In this document: positions 1 to 12,666 of the stretch, piece by piece
Layout: the number at the start of each line of letters is the position of its first letter
How positions within the stretch are numbered: position 1 is the first letter of the stretch
NCBI GenBank assembly: GCA_951406725.2
Contig: OX597827.1
Location: forward strand, 69,998,001 to 70,062,000
Source: Octopus vulgaris
Taxonomy: Eukaryota
DNA length: 64,000 bases
Direction: 5' to 3'
The notes under the pieces: model-generated
Told to the model about the DNA's origin: nothing
The model's input: the letters and a program-made list of their open reading frames with translations, nothing else
The model's database searches: none
Made by a program: the position numbers and the translations under genes

Positions 1-290
1 CATTGTTGGGCTCTCGGTCAAGTGTCTATTACTGTATTCTCATGTTGACCTATGCCTTTTTTGATGCGTAATTTAAAACTACGTGGAAGCCCAAAAGCCT
101 GTCGCGTGGACCGTACATTTTATAGAAAGAGTCAGCCGTGATACGTATAGTATCACGCTGATTCTGCTTCGAGATTACGTTAAGGCTGCAAATGACTGCG
201 GAATATTCAGCCAACTGAGGAATAATTCAATATGAAGGCGATTCTGTTGATCAAACAACCGAAACATGGATCGTTGAAACCGACGGAAAT
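1..290 (+). mobile_element. Old, diverged SINE remnant: family-A-like central domain joined to family-C-like 3' tail
   Basis: ctcggtcaagtgtctattactgta...gcctgtcg resembles the family A body. gtatcacgctga...gagattacgttaagg...gaaaccgacgga resembles the 3' half of the copies at 47032-47410 and 51093-51423. Confidence 0.6.
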
Positions 291-465
291 CGGGTTATTT
301 TCTACAGAAATAATAAAATGAGAGAAAATTAGAGAGAAGAGGCGGAGAATGGGAGAATGTGATTATAAATTTATTTGATGATATAACCCATGGTTTGAAA
401 ACTAAAAAGGTATCTTATTATAATGATGTACCTACCTTCACACACACACACACACACACATACAC

Positions 466-1100
466 ATGATAGACTCTTCCGTCGGTTTCGGCGTATGAGA
501 ATCCGACAACCTACATTTTTTTTTGTCCGTCATAATGCCTGTGTTGAATGCGGCATTTGAGCCCCGCCAACGATTTGCAAAGAAGCCTGCAGATGTTGCA
601 AGTACGAAGATTACAGGTCAGTACAGGTGGTATATTTGCAGCCGCTTTTCTTCTTTGCCTTGCATCCCTCAGCCTGTTAATGCTAATCGAAACAAAGCCT
701 CATGTACCATTTTGACCCGACGATCGCCATTTTGTTCGCTCCAAGGTTGTTTGTTCAAAGGTGTTGTGAGCTGTATTGACCGCTGAGCGGTTACTCTTCA
801 GCTTGTCCTTATATCTGAGCCATATGTAGACCGGTTTCTGCTGCATGACCATCAGCATGAAGAAGAAGAAGTGACCCACAAACCTTGCCCTACTCTTTAG
901 CAAATTCGAGGCGTCAAGCAGAAGCCACCAGTTTTCAATTGTGCTAACATTCTGCAAAGCCACAGGATTTCCGTTACGCACGCAGTTTGGCGGCCTGAAG
1001 GTGTGGTGGGCATTTGTACGATGTAATATATGTATAATCAATAACATGCCTTGCAACTGAAACATGTGTAGCAGGTACTGAACTGCCATTGTCCATTCTT
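466..1100 (-). mobile_element. RTE-clade LINE 3' remnant (ORF C-terminus with one C2H2-like finger, 3' UTR, (TG)n tail)
   Basis: Minus strand reads LLKSRARFVGH...LRYKDKLKSN...NTFEQTTLERTKWRS, then after a frameshift RLRDARQRRKAA...TCNICRLLCKSLAGLKCRIQHRH, as in RTE/BovB ORF ends. It ends in ccgacggaag plus a microsatellite. Confidence 0.8.
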
Positions 1101-1370
1101 TTAACATTATTATATCTTAACCGCATGCCGTATGTAACTTACATTACTTTTAGGATTGGAGTTGTGAAGTACTTGTTATCTTTTCAAAATTGTTCCAATT
1201 TTATAACGAAATAATGAGATTTTATTAATTTATTAATTAAATAATTAATCTATTAATATTCTCTTGAAATATACTACTAGCCAATCACATTACACAATGA
1301 AAGCTACTGAACTACTGACCGCGATCAATGTGATTCAAACCAACTGATATGTATCTATACATGCATGCAT

Positions 1371-1413
<43 letters not shown>

Positions 1414-1822
1414 CTCACAATAATTAATTGTTGCTAATAATAAAATATTGAAAACAAGCCAAAATATCACGTTCTGTTTGTACAAACTTACGAAAAATTG
1501 CTTACAGTTCATCGCCAATTTTGTGGAGATCTCACATCATTTCATTATACCACCTTCCCCAGCATCCATAATCTACACCGGATATCTGTCTTACGTTATT
1601 AAATGACTTTATTATCTTAAAGAAACATTTTTTTTCTTAAGTTACCAAATTAAAATTCTCCTTCAAACATGAAAGGAATATTAAACTATTATCCGACTGT
1701 CAGCAATTTTGTCATGAGTTGATGACAACAAAATCATAGCGATGGCGCACCACACTGGTGGCCAAAAGCAATTACTGCCAGAAATGTGAGTTTTATATCT
1801 TGTATGACAATTCTCTTGACCG

Positions 1823-2045
1823 TGGTGGCGCGTGGTTTGGGTACTGGATTCATGATCGTAATATTGTAGTTTCGATTCCTGGACCGGGCGATGCGTTGTA
1901 TTCTTAAGCAAAACAGCCTCCTTTCACATTGCTCCAGTTCACTCATCCGGCAACTCAGAGTAATCCTGCTACGGACCGGCAACCCGTGCAGGTGGGAAAT
2001 ATATACACCACAAAACCGGGAAAACTGGCCCATATGACCCGAGAA
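1823..2045 (+). mobile_element. tRNA-derived SINE with CORE-like domain (family C variant)
   Basis: Head with A/B-box-like motifs (gtttcgattcc), then ttcttaagcaaaacag...gctccagttcactca. Similar to 51093 and 31165. Confidence 0.7.
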
Positions 2046-2324
2046 GGTAACTTTACCTATTCTCTTGGCCAAAATATAAACAATTATACCGTTGATATAA
2101 AAAAAGGTAAAGCTGATATATAGAGGTCCCGCAAAGTAGTTTATTTATAAATTAATGGTTATATAATTTATTTACTTACATAGAATCAAACGACTTCTCC
2201 AGCAAAACCACTTTAAAATAGGTTTCAGGAAGTGTTCGATGAAGCGTACTAAATTTGATTTTCTACATAATGTATTTGTAAAATAGTGATGCGTCTTATG
2301 AGAGAGAATATCTTATGCGCCGAC

Positions 2325-2510
2325 AAGTATGATATGTATATCTATCTACCTATCTATCTGTCTGTCTGCTTGACTGTCTGTCTATCTATATATCTATACT
2401 TGTCTATCTTGTTTGTCTACCTGTCTATCTATATTTATATATATATATATATGTATGTATGTATGCATGTATGTATGCATGCATGTATGTATGCATATAC
2501 AAAGAGAAAC

Positions 2511-2541
<31 letters not shown>

Positions 2542-2647
2542 AAGAAAGAGGGAGAGAAAGAGAGAGAGGGGGGAAAGAGAGAGAGAAAGAGAACGAGAAA
2601 GACAAATATCTAGCTAGTTAGATTGATAGACCGATATTGATAAACGT

Positions 2648-2705
<58 letters not shown>

Positions 2706-2723
2706 TTGGGTGTGAGTGTGTGC

Positions 2724-2806
<83 letters not shown>

Positions 2807-2810
2807 TAGT
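2325..2810. repeat. Compound microsatellite (TCTA, TATG, GA, TG, GATA)
   Basis: Directly visible simple repeats. Confidence 0.95.
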
Positions 2811-2814
2811 TGAA

Positions 2815-3010
2815 ATTTACAGCATGAAAACAAAAAAAAAAACAAAAGACGAAGACGGGTGTATGAACAACAAGCATGTGTATTAGTTTGACGCTCGGGA
2901 ACGTGAAAAAGTCTTTTACGTTTCGAGCCTACGCTCTTCAACAGAAAGGAATAAGAGAAAATATGCAGAGAAAGAATTTAAAAAAAACTTGTGGACTTAG
3001 CGATAGACAT
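2815..3010 (-). mobile_element. Penelope-like terminal fragment with hammerhead-like motif (family H2)
   Basis: Shares caaaagacgaag...gtattagt...acgtttcgagcctacgctcttc with 13133-13305, 16020-16330 and 34660-34870. Minus strand: cttt CTGTTGA a gagc gtag gctc GAAAC GTA aaag. Confidence 0.6.
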
Positions 3011-3200
3011 ATAAGCATGCATTCATCCATCTATATATACATACACGCATACGTATAGGGAGCAGTGGACTCCCTTAGTCACAGTATGCGGACACTGATC
3101 ATGTGTCTGTAGCCAGCTGGAAAAGATATTTACTTGGGGTTAAAAAGCAGTAGTATCGTCCTGCGTAAGACTGCCACTCTGCGTTGGCAAAAAGATTTTA

Positions 3201-3257
<57 letters not shown>

Positions 3258-3277
3258 CGCACACGCACACACACACA

Positions 3278-3324
<47 letters not shown>

Positions 3325-3454
3325 GTATAGTACAAGAACATGGCGAGAGTAAAAGAGTAAAAGAGTGGATGAGAGAATGTGAGCAAGAAGATGGTAATTA
3401 TACGGAACTGACGTTGCCAAGAAGACAATGATTGCAGCAGCTGGGGCGCAAAAG

Positions 3455-4612
3455 CAACAACAACTAGCACGACCACACTAGAACGAATACCACCACCACA
3501 ACAATTGCATCAACAGCAGCAGACACCACCACCGAAACTACAACGAGTGCCACCACCACTACCACAGCCACTACCACCACCACCATCACAATCACCACTA
3601 ACACCACCAACAACACCACCACCACTACCACCATCATCTCTATCACCATAACCACAACCACCACCACTACCACCACCACCACCATCACAATCACCACTTC
3701 CACCACCGCCACCGTCACCTCTATCACTATAACCACTACCACCACCACTAACAACACCACCATCACCAACACCACCGCCACTACCACCACCACTACCACC
3801 ACTAACAACACCACCACCACCAACACCACCTCTATCACCATAACCACTACCACCACCACTACCACCACTACCACCACCACCATCACAATCACCAACACCA
3901 CCGCTACCACCACCACCACCACCACCATCACAACACCACTACTAACAACACCACCACCACTACCACCATTACCTCCTACCACGACCTACCACCACCACAA
4001 CCATTACCACCACTACCACCACTGCTACAACTACTACCACCACCACCAAACCACCACTGCTACAACTACAATCACCACCACCACCACAACCATCACAACA
4101 ATAGCAATAATAACTACAACGAAAAGAATAACAACAACGAATGAAACTGTATTAGTTTGATCTGAAGTATTTTTAATCTTAATCTGATAATCCGTTAATC
4201 TGAGCGAATTGATTTGCTGTATTGGGTATTGCTGTCGTTGTTGTTGTTGTTGTTGTTGTTGTTACAGCTGCTGCTGCTGCTGGTGTCGGTGGTTGTGGTG
4301 ACAGTTTTGGTGGTAGTAGGACATTGGTGGATGTACTGTTGTGATAGTGATTGTGCTATTGTTGTGGCAATGGTGGTGGTGGTGGTGGTGGTGGTAGTGG
4401 GGGTGGGAGTGCTGGTAGTTGTGGTGATAGTGGTTATGTTATCGTGGTGGTGGTGGCGGCGGCGGCGACGGTGGTGGTAATGGTGGGAGGGAAAGCTAAA
4501 TTTTAACTTGCCCATATCGTAGTTACTATCTTCTTTCAGATGGTAACAAGACACCACCACCACCACCACAACCAACACCACTACTGCAACAGCAACAACA
4601 ACAGCAACAACC
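3455..4612. repeat. Degenerate (ACC/ACT/AAC)n tracts with an inverted (GGT/GTT)n block at about 4230-4490
   Basis: Direct inspection; source of the poly-V and poly-T ORFs. Confidence 0.9.
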
Positions 4613-4844
4613 CGCCCGGCTGAGATTTGAACCATAGCTTTCACATTTTCCAAGTCTAGATTTCACGAACTATCATAATATATTTCCATAAAAGGAAAGA
4701 TGACGCCATAAAAGACATTAACGTCTACGCAAAAACGGGGTCGACCAATCAGCTTTGGCCAACTTATTTTGGTTGAATTAGCAATCTTGAAAAGAAGAAT
4801 GTAAGTCTTCCCGCCAAATCGTTTAAGACAACAACCAATCGGCG

Positions 4845-5418
4845 AAGGGCGCTGAAAATGGTAGAGTCGTTACTGCGCTGAATAAAATGTTTAGCGGTAT
4901 TTCGTCCATCTTTATACTCTGAGATCAAATTCTGCCGAGGTCGACTTTACCTTTCATCCTTTCGGGGTCGATAAAATAAGCACCAGTCAAGTACTCGGTC
5001 GATCTAATCAACTGGGCCCCTCTACACAAATTTCAGGCCTTGTGCCTAAAATAAAAAGAGAGAGCGGCGAGCTGGTAGAAACGTTAGCACGCCGGGCGAA
5101 ATGCTTAGCGGTATTTCGCCTGGGTTACGTTGTGAGTTCAAATTCCGCCGAGGTCGACTTTGCCTTTCATCCTTTCGGGGTCGATAAATTAAGTACCAGT
5201 TACGCATTGGGGTCGATGTAATCGACTTAATACCTATGTCTGTCTTTGTTTGTCCCCTCTGTGTTTAGCCCCTTGTGAGTAATAAAGAAATAGGTATTTC
5301 GTCAACCCAATAATTAGTCACTGAACACTAGCGGAATTTGAATTCAGAACGTAAAACTGGAAGAAATGCGGCTTAGCAGTTTGTCCAGAGCGGTAACGAT
5401 TCTGCCAGCTCGCCGCCC
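4845..5418. mobile_element. Cluster of family B SINEs (tRNA head plus Deu/Nin-like domain): two + copies and one - head fragment
   Basis: gagttcaaattccgccgaggtcgactttgcctttcatcctttcggggtcgataaattaagtaccag. The cctttcatccttt...ggtcgataaa...gtaccag block resembles the DeuSINE/Nin domain. Confidence 0.85.
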
Positions 5419-5710
5419 TAGTAAAGAATCTCTTGTGTATATCTCGCTGGATAATATTATGAAGGTTGTGCAAGAAAATTAATCATTGCATATTAGTCAC
5501 GCATATTAATAATAGGCAGTGATTAATTTCCTTATACGACCTTCATTATATTATTATTCAGCAAGATATAAAGCAGAAGACTCGTAACTGTTACGTTCAC
5601 TAAATGTTCATTCATTAATTCATTGAGTGTACATCTCAATATATGACGACGAAGGTTAATAGAATATTTGGTCATGTCTACAAAGGCGTAGGAGCGGCTG
5701 TTTGGTAAGA

Positions 5711-6175
5711 CAAGGCGGCGAGCTGGCAGAAACGTTAGCACGACTGACGAAATGCTTAACGGAGAGCTGGCAGAATCGTTAGCATGTCGGGCGAAATGCC
5801 TAGCGGTATTTCGTCTGCTGTTACGTTGTGAGTTCAAATTCCGCCGAGGTCGACTTTGCCTTTCATCCTTTCGGGGTCGATAAAAAAAGTACCAGTTACG
5901 CACTGGGGTCGATGTAATCGACTTAATCCGTTTGTCTGTCCTTGTTTGTTCTCTCTATGTTTAGTCCCTTGTGGGTAGTAAAGAAATAGGTATTTCGTCC
6001 GCCGCTACGTTATAAGTTCAAATTCTGCCGAGGTCGATTTTGCCTTTCATCCTTTCGGGGTCGATTAGATAAGTACCAGTTACGCACTTGGGTCGATGCA
6101 ATCGACTTAATCCCTTCGTCTGTCCTTGTTTGTCCCCTCTATGTTTAGTCCCTTGAGAGCAATAAAGGAATAAGA
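5711..6175 (+). mobile_element. Family B SINE dimer with doubled head
   Basis: Head at 5711-5760, second head from 5761, body plus tail, junction aaataggtatttcgtc at about 5985, then a second body plus tail. Confidence 0.9.
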
Positions 6176-6179
6176 AATT

Positions 6180-6330
6180 TGCTTTTCAGCCACATGGTTC
6201 CGCGTTCAGTCCCACTACGTGGAACCTTGGACAAGTGTCTTCTGCTTTAGCCTTGAGCCGACCAAAGGCTTGTGAGTGGATTTGATAAACGGAAACTGAA
6301 AGAAGTCCGTCGTGTATACGTATGCGTATG
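6180..6330 (+). mobile_element. Family A SINE 5' part
   Basis: ccacatggttccgcgttcagtcccactacgtggaaccttggacaagtgtc...ggaaactgaaagaagtccgtcg. Confidence 0.85.
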
Positions 6331-6507
6331 TGTGCGTGCGTGCGTGCGTGCGTGCGTGTGTGTGTGTGTGTGTGTGTTAGCCATACGCAAACCCATTTTT
6401 ACTTCTGGGAAGAAGTGGTCCATATTAGCTTTTGGTTTCCATTCTTCGATCTGTCCAGCACATGAGGCACTTCCAGGAGCTTGCACTCCGCTGGCATGAC
6501 CTTTAGG

Positions 6508-6886
6508 AGCACTCCGTCGGTTACGACGATGAGGGTCCCAGCTGATACGATCAACGGAACGGCTTGCTCGTGGAATTAACGTGCAAGTGGCTGAGCAATC
6601 CACAGACACGTGTACCGTTAACGTAGTTCTCGAGGAGATTCAGCGTAACACAGAGTGTGACAAGGCTGGCCCTTTGAAATACAGGTACAACAGAAGCAGG
6701 AAGAAAGAGTGAGAGAAAGTTGTGGTGAAAGAGTACGGCAGGGTTCACCACCACCCCCTGCAGGAGCCTTGTGAAGCTTTAGGTGTTTTCGCTCAATAAA
6801 CACTCACAATGCCTGGTCTGGGAATCGAAACCGCTATCCTACGACCGCGAGTCCGCTGCCCTAACCACTGGGCCAATGCGCCTCCA
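6508..6886 (-). mobile_element. Full-length family C SINE (tRNA-Arg-like head, RTE-like 3' tail); possibly octopus OR-type
   Basis: Reverse complement of ggaggcgcattggcccagtggttagggcagcggactcgcggtcg...gtcgtaaccgacggagtgc. Matches 47032-47410. Confidence 0.9.
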
Positions 6887-7039
6887 CGGTACACAACTAC
6901 CTCACCCCAGCAAGGACTGGGTCTTTGTGGTGGAATCAGCATTACGCCATACATTGACACAACAAATATACCAAACTAGAACAAGAACCTTGAACGATTG
7001 CATAATCAAAATGGAAAACGCGAGATGCATACACACACA

Positions 7040-7192
7040 CACACATATATACACACTCTCTCTCTCTACTCATTCTCCAATTTCTCTCTCTCTCTCTCCA
7101 CTCATTCTCCAATTTCTCTCTCTCTCTCTCTCCACTTATTCTCCAATTTCTCTCTCTCTCTCTCCACTCAATCTCCAATTTCTCTCTCTCAC
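7040..7192. repeat. Minisatellite, 4 units of (CT)n-ccactcattctccaatt
   Basis: Direct inspection. Confidence 0.9.
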
Positions 7193-7229
7193 TCAAAGCA
7201 TTATATAGAGTGTTTACACTCGAGATTGA

Positions 7230-8545
7230 TAACATCAAAGTAACGTTTAGAAAGGTGTATTTATTTAATGAAAGAGGTAAGCCGTTTAGCGCTGTTCAAT
7301 TTATAAAGATAATGTATCATTGAAGTTGTATGACGCTAAGAGCAGACTTGCACATATAACTTGTCCTTTCAAGAACAACCATAACTGATTGGCGACATGA
7401 ATTGGCGCCTAACGCAACGTGACAACTTCGTGCAATAATACAAAAGGAAAATATATATAGCATTCAATAAAAATAGCTTTGGGAATCAACGGAAGCTGCC
7501 GATTCAGCGCAGGTATTTTACGTCATCCAAGCAATAACCGAAGATTTTGATTGCCACAAGAAGAAACTTTAGGCACTCTTTGCAAAGTTAAAGATAAATG
7601 TCTTAAAGCTGGATTGGATTTCAGAGATTTCGTGAGTCTGTGTAGATATAGTTTATCTGTCATGAAAAGTAAACGTGAAGGATTTATTGCGCGAGTAAAA
7701 ACACGGCAAAGCAAAAGACAGTATTGTCTAAATCTGGAAATTCTAATTTCTTTTCATTGTATTTTGTATCAACGAAATCTCTGCGTTGTCGAACGTATTT
7801 TAAGTGACGTCATAGATAATGATATTAGTGCTGTTGTTAACTAGATTTATACAAATGCAACATGACAACGTCATGTTTCGCAACATGATTAAATTTGATG
7901 TAGAGCTCGGCAGTCTGTGCGAATTTGCCGTATCGTCTTAAAGTATGATGGTTATCTCACAGAACGAGGTGTTAATCAGCGTATTTTATCTTTCAGCAAA
8001 CAAATCATACGATTTTTTTTCTGATATTTATGCCAAAGTAAAATTATCTTTTTCTTTGCTATGTAAAAGTAAACCTGTGTATGATATGTGGCAAAAAAAA
8101 AGCCGCATATTTCGTTCAAAATTCCTTGCTCACCCGGAACTTTCTTCCGGACGTTTTTATTTTTTCTGTCCTAGAAAAGCAACAGCTGAACAAGAAAATC
8201 TGTGCAAATCTTTTACAAATTGCACTAATTAAAGAATACAACGAAATATATTTACTGTCTTCGTGAAACTTATCCTCGTTTTGAAATTAGCATAGAATTT
8301 CAACTTCATTCATCCTAATTTGGTTACTCTTTACTCTTTTACTCTTTTACTTGTTTCAGTCATTTGACTGCGGCCATGCTGGAGCACCGCCTTTTTTAGT
8401 CGAGCAAATCGACCCCAGGACTTATTCTTTGTAAGCCCAGTACTTATTCTATCGGTCTCTTTTGCCGAACCGCTAAGTGACGGGGACGTAAACACACCAG
8501 TATCGGTTGTCAAGCAATGCTAGGGGGACAAACACAGACACACAA

Positions 8546-8614
<69 letters not shown>

Positions 8615-8990
8615 TACGACAGGCTTCTTTCAGTTTCCGTCTACCAAATCCACTCACAAGGCATTGGTCGGCCCGGGGCTATAGCAGAAGACACTTGCCC
8701 ATGATGCCACGCAGTGGGACTGAACCCGGAACCATGTGGTTGGTTAGCAAGCTACTTACCACACAGCCACCCCTGCGCCTATTAATGTCTCTGGGGTACC
8801 TAAAAAGCTACGTATTGAATTGAATGAAATCACGGAAGAAAATATTTGGAAATCTCTGTTTGAAACAACGACCCAAAACCAAAATATTGGAAATGCAACA
8901 GAATAACCCACGCTTGAGTCAACATGCGCAAAATATGATTTTCGTTTTTTAATTTCTTAACCACTTATTGTCGTGAATCTACCTTATCCA
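7230..8990 (+). pseudogene. Decayed hAT (Buster/SPIN/GTF2IRD2-like) transposase, interrupted by a SINE
   Basis: Colinear frameshifted motifs: RGKPF, IA(L)xEST..DSAQV..IQAITEDFDCH, KREGFIARVK, ILISFHCILYQRNLC (CxxH-motif region), a degenerate xWLS-like segment, and after the SINE a dimerisation-domain-like TTYCREST. Confidence 0.8.
8324..8780 (-). mobile_element. Full-length family A SINE (tRNA head, central (CA)/(TA) tract, (AAAAGAGT)n tail)
   Basis: Reverse complement of ggcgcaggggtggctgtgtggtaagtagcttgc...gactgaaacaagtaaaagagtaaaagag. More than 12 homologous copies in the window. Confidence 0.92.
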
Positions 8991-9339
8991 CCTCTCTCTC
9001 TCTCTATCTATCTATCTCTCTCTCTCCCTCTCTCTCTCTCCCCCTCTCTTCCTCCCTCTCTCTCTCTCCCCCTCTCTTCCTCCCTCTCTCTCTCTCCCCC
9101 TCTCTTCCTCCCTCTCTCTCTCTCTCTCTCTTCTTGTAATCGCCATGTATTCAGGTATCAACAATCATTGACCTCCACACCTTTCTGCTCCCCACACAAC
9201 TTCTCCCCGCCCCCGGACAAGCGACTCAGGTGGAGCTTCATGGAGGCTCCACTTATGTGGCTGTATATATGATATAAAGTCTAATGTTTCGTGATTCTCC
9301 TTTGGAAATATAGAACGGTTGTTTCCCATGTATTTAGAG

Positions 9340-9722
9340 CAGCGGTTCTCAACCATTTTTTTTCTTTACTTATGGACCCTCTTTGATTGCTATTTTATTC
9401 CGGTGGACCCCGTAGCCATTCAGTGTTCAAAAACTAATTATATAGATACTTCTTTCAAAATTCCAGTTTTGTTTTTCACCCATGCATTTGTGTAGGCTTG
9501 CAACAGCACTCTCTGAGAGAACATGTTTCAGTAGCCAGAAAAAACGTTGAACTTTGCAAAACGCAAGGGCCAGGAACCCAGCTGTTTCTTGCGATAAATA
9601 CATCTAAAGCAAAAGGTTTTTTTCGTGGAGCTTTAAAATACTACTGGGGATCCCCAATTTACTAGCTTACTAGCTTAGACCCTCGCCCTAGGGGTCATAC
9701 GGATCCCGGTTAAGAACTACTG
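9340..9722. mobile_element. Non-autonomous hAT element (MITE)
   Basis: TIRs cagcggttctcaacc / ggttaagaactactg; 8-bp TSD atttagag / atatagag. Partial copy at about 32715-32812. Confidence 0.85.
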
Positions 9723-10229
9723 ATATAGAGTTTACTCTCCTAGTCCCCTTCTCTCCCAAGCTTACCCTTTAGGCTCAGAACCTATCGAACCCTTTGGCAG
9801 TGGCGCTGATTTAAATGATATGAATGCATCTTCACACATCGGTGGACTTCCGTGACATATGTCTAAGACGTAGCTCTCCTACAAGTCCTTAATCACAAAA
9901 CCATTTTCTCCTACTTGATTCATAATTGGGACCCCTGTAGGCACTACTACCCCTTGTCAGAGCAGAAGTGGGAGAAATTGTAATTAAGATGTAACTCCCT
10001 ACTCCCTAAGTCTCTTGAACTTCCAAGTTGGAACCTCACCACAGATTACACTGTGTAGCAATTTTATTTTTTTGTCTTTGGTCAGTAAGTGTTATTTCCT
10101 ATTTGCCTCTATCTAGAGATCAAAGGAAATGACCACTATTCCCTTCAAGATTTTGTGACCTGGACATCAATATTTTAAAACTGACCTATTTTCCATCACA
10201 TTTCAGACGGATTCAGCGCTGAGTTGCTG

Positions 10230-10411
10230 AAGTAGAAATATCGCGATAGCAAATATTCTGCTCAAAACCACAGATTTGCTTGTCAGTTGCTTGACCTCAA
10301 CAACTTCAGCATGTCCCTTAGTGGTTTACAATATGTGTGTCTCTGATCATGAGCACGAGTAGTAGGGGAGCATCATAGCTATGTCTTGAGAGGGATTCTT
10401 TGGGGTTTGAA
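10230..10411 (+). mobile_element. Fragment of the (TAA)n-associated retroelement 3' region, truncated at a DNA transposon
   Basis: Aligns to 11540-11675 (gcttgtcagttg...gcatgtcccttagtgg...gagagggattctttggggtttgaata). Confidence 0.8.
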
Positions 10412-10413
10412 TA

Positions 10414-10927
10414 CCGTAAATCCTCGTGTATAATCCGCATTATTTCCCCAAAATTTAAAGGTCAAAATCCCTAGTACATACTATATACGAGGTTAAAAAT
10501 GAAAATTATTTTCTAAGCAATGTCCGAGTCTCTATTTGCTGTCCAGCAATGTTTATTCAGACGCATTTTGTGATGTCGGGCGCGAAAATACCTTAAGCTA
10601 AGCTTGAAAGCAATGAAGTCATAAAAGAATCATCCATAACTTGCAGTAAGCAACATTTATTAAACGTTATTACTGTTATTTCTTTATTTCCTGCAAACAA
10701 AATGCACAAAAAAGCTACACGTTTGCACTATGTTATATATACAATAATAATAAAGGACGTTTCCGTATACAGTTTTACAAACCAAGGACGTTATATAGAT
10801 CTCCTTGACTCAAGTTGGAGAAGGGGTGCGTATTATACACAAGGTTTAGGCTTTTCAGAGGTACACCCCACCTAAAAAATCCCCTGCGTATTATACTCAA
10901 GGGCGGACTATACTCGAGGATTTACGG
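10414..10927. mobile_element. Tc1/mariner-pogo type MITE
   Basis: TIRs ccgtaaatcctcgtgtataatccgc / gcggactatactcgaggatttacgg, flanked by TA on both sides. Confidence 0.9.
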
Positions 10928-11397
10928 TAAATGTAACAAAAGCATAGTTTGAAGGAAATATTTGCCATTTTTCATACTTTCCAGGGATAACAAAATAGGA
11001 AATAACAGATGCTTCCCAAGGATAAAAATCGTGTTACACAGTAATTGTGTAGCTTAGGACCTTATCTTGCCAAACCCAATTGAAGGCCCTTTTAAGATCT
11101 TTCCTTGCAGATAAACATCTTAAAGAACTGGAGTTGCAGATCTGCAGACCTCCATGTTGATAACGTATATCCAGATAATATTGACCAGCCAACAAAAACA
11201 GAACAAAACAAATAAAAATAATTCATTAAAATGTCAGTTAATATTTTTATTTCTTACTTTAACGTTTATAATTATATTTTCACAGCGAGTTTAATTAAAT
11301 TTTTCCATATATTATAAAATTTCCTTTATTAGATTACGCATAATTCAATGCAGCCGTCCAATTAAATAACAACAACAACAATAACAATAACAATAAC

Positions 11398-11539
<142 letters not shown>

Positions 11540-11962
11540 TGCTTGTCAGTTGTTTGACCTTAACCAGTTGAGCATGTCCCTTAGTGGCTGACGATATGTG
11601 CATCTCTGATCACGAGCAGAAGTAGTGGGGGAGCATCATAGCCATGTGTTGAGAGGGATTCTTTGGGGTTTGAATAATTCACCTCTGGAAACATGGGTGG
11701 TTTCTTTCAACATCCTTAAACAACCCTTATTCATGGACCTTTTGAGCGGGATGGGCTACTCGACCTGAAGAAAATTCTAACTGGGCCCCACCTGCAAGGT
11801 CATGCGCTGTTTACCTTGATATGAGATCACCATGTCGCGCACATATGGTTGTGATGCATGTGCCTGGTGTACCCTTATCAGACGGGTAGTCATGATGGGT
11901 ATATTGGGCTTCGTATATTTTACCCCAGTGTCACTTTGATGGCATGCACTGCTCTCTCACTC
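11540..11962 (+). mobile_element. 5'-truncated non-LTR retroelement 3' region inserted in (TAA)n (Dong/R4-like behaviour)
   Basis: Flanked on both sides by (AAT)n (11365-11539 and 11963-12007); second copy at 10230. Clade assignment is inference from the target. Confidence 0.65.
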
Positions 11963-12008
<46 letters not shown>

Positions 12009-12344
12009 TTTTCTTTATTGGCCACCAAGGCCGAACACAAAACAAATAGGGGCAATGCAACTCAAGGGTCAAGTGGGGTTTGGCACAATATCGTGTAGAA
12101 AATAAATAACAATAACAATTAACAGCAGAATTAACAAAAAAATTACCCAATATTTGGGAGTTCCTCTCAAGGACAACCGAGAAACCCTACCCCCATCCTG
12201 GTTACCCCGACCTCAGCTGGTGCCTCTTTCCTTCTGAACTCCTCCTACAATGATAATTCCTTTTATTTGCCACAGGGGCTGGGATGAGGAGGGAGGAGAC
12301 AACACAAGAACAGAAAACAATTTGTGTGGAGATTTACGTAAGGG

Positions 12345-12570
12345 ATACTCCTTGCTCTTTTACTTGTTTCAGTCATTTGGCTGTAGCCATGCTGGAGCAC
12401 CGCCTTTAGTCGAGCAAATCGACCCCAGGACTTATTCTTTGTAAGCCTAGTACCTATTCTATTGGTCTCTTTTGCCGAACCGCTAAGTTACGGGAACATA
12501 AACACACCAGCATCGGTTGTCAAGCGATGTTGCGGGGGACAAACACAGACACACAAACACACACACACAC
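12345..12570 (-). mobile_element. Family A SINE 3' half
   Basis: tacttgtttcagtcatttg...gctggagcaccgcctttagtcgagcaaatcgacc. Confidence 0.9.
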
Positions 12571-12579
12571 ATATATACA

Positions 12580-12665
<86 letters not shown>

Positions 12666-12666
<1 letters not shown>

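Noticed and set aside
3464-4653. Mucin-like poly-Thr or poly-Val membrane protein
   Set aside because: Degenerate (ACC)n microsatellite that flips orientation midway; no supporting gene structure.
9760-9880. Minus-strand exon ESYVLDICHGSPPMCEDAF... ending at gg|gtaagc
   Set aside because: Good donor but poor acceptor, no recognisable protein similarity and no partner exons.
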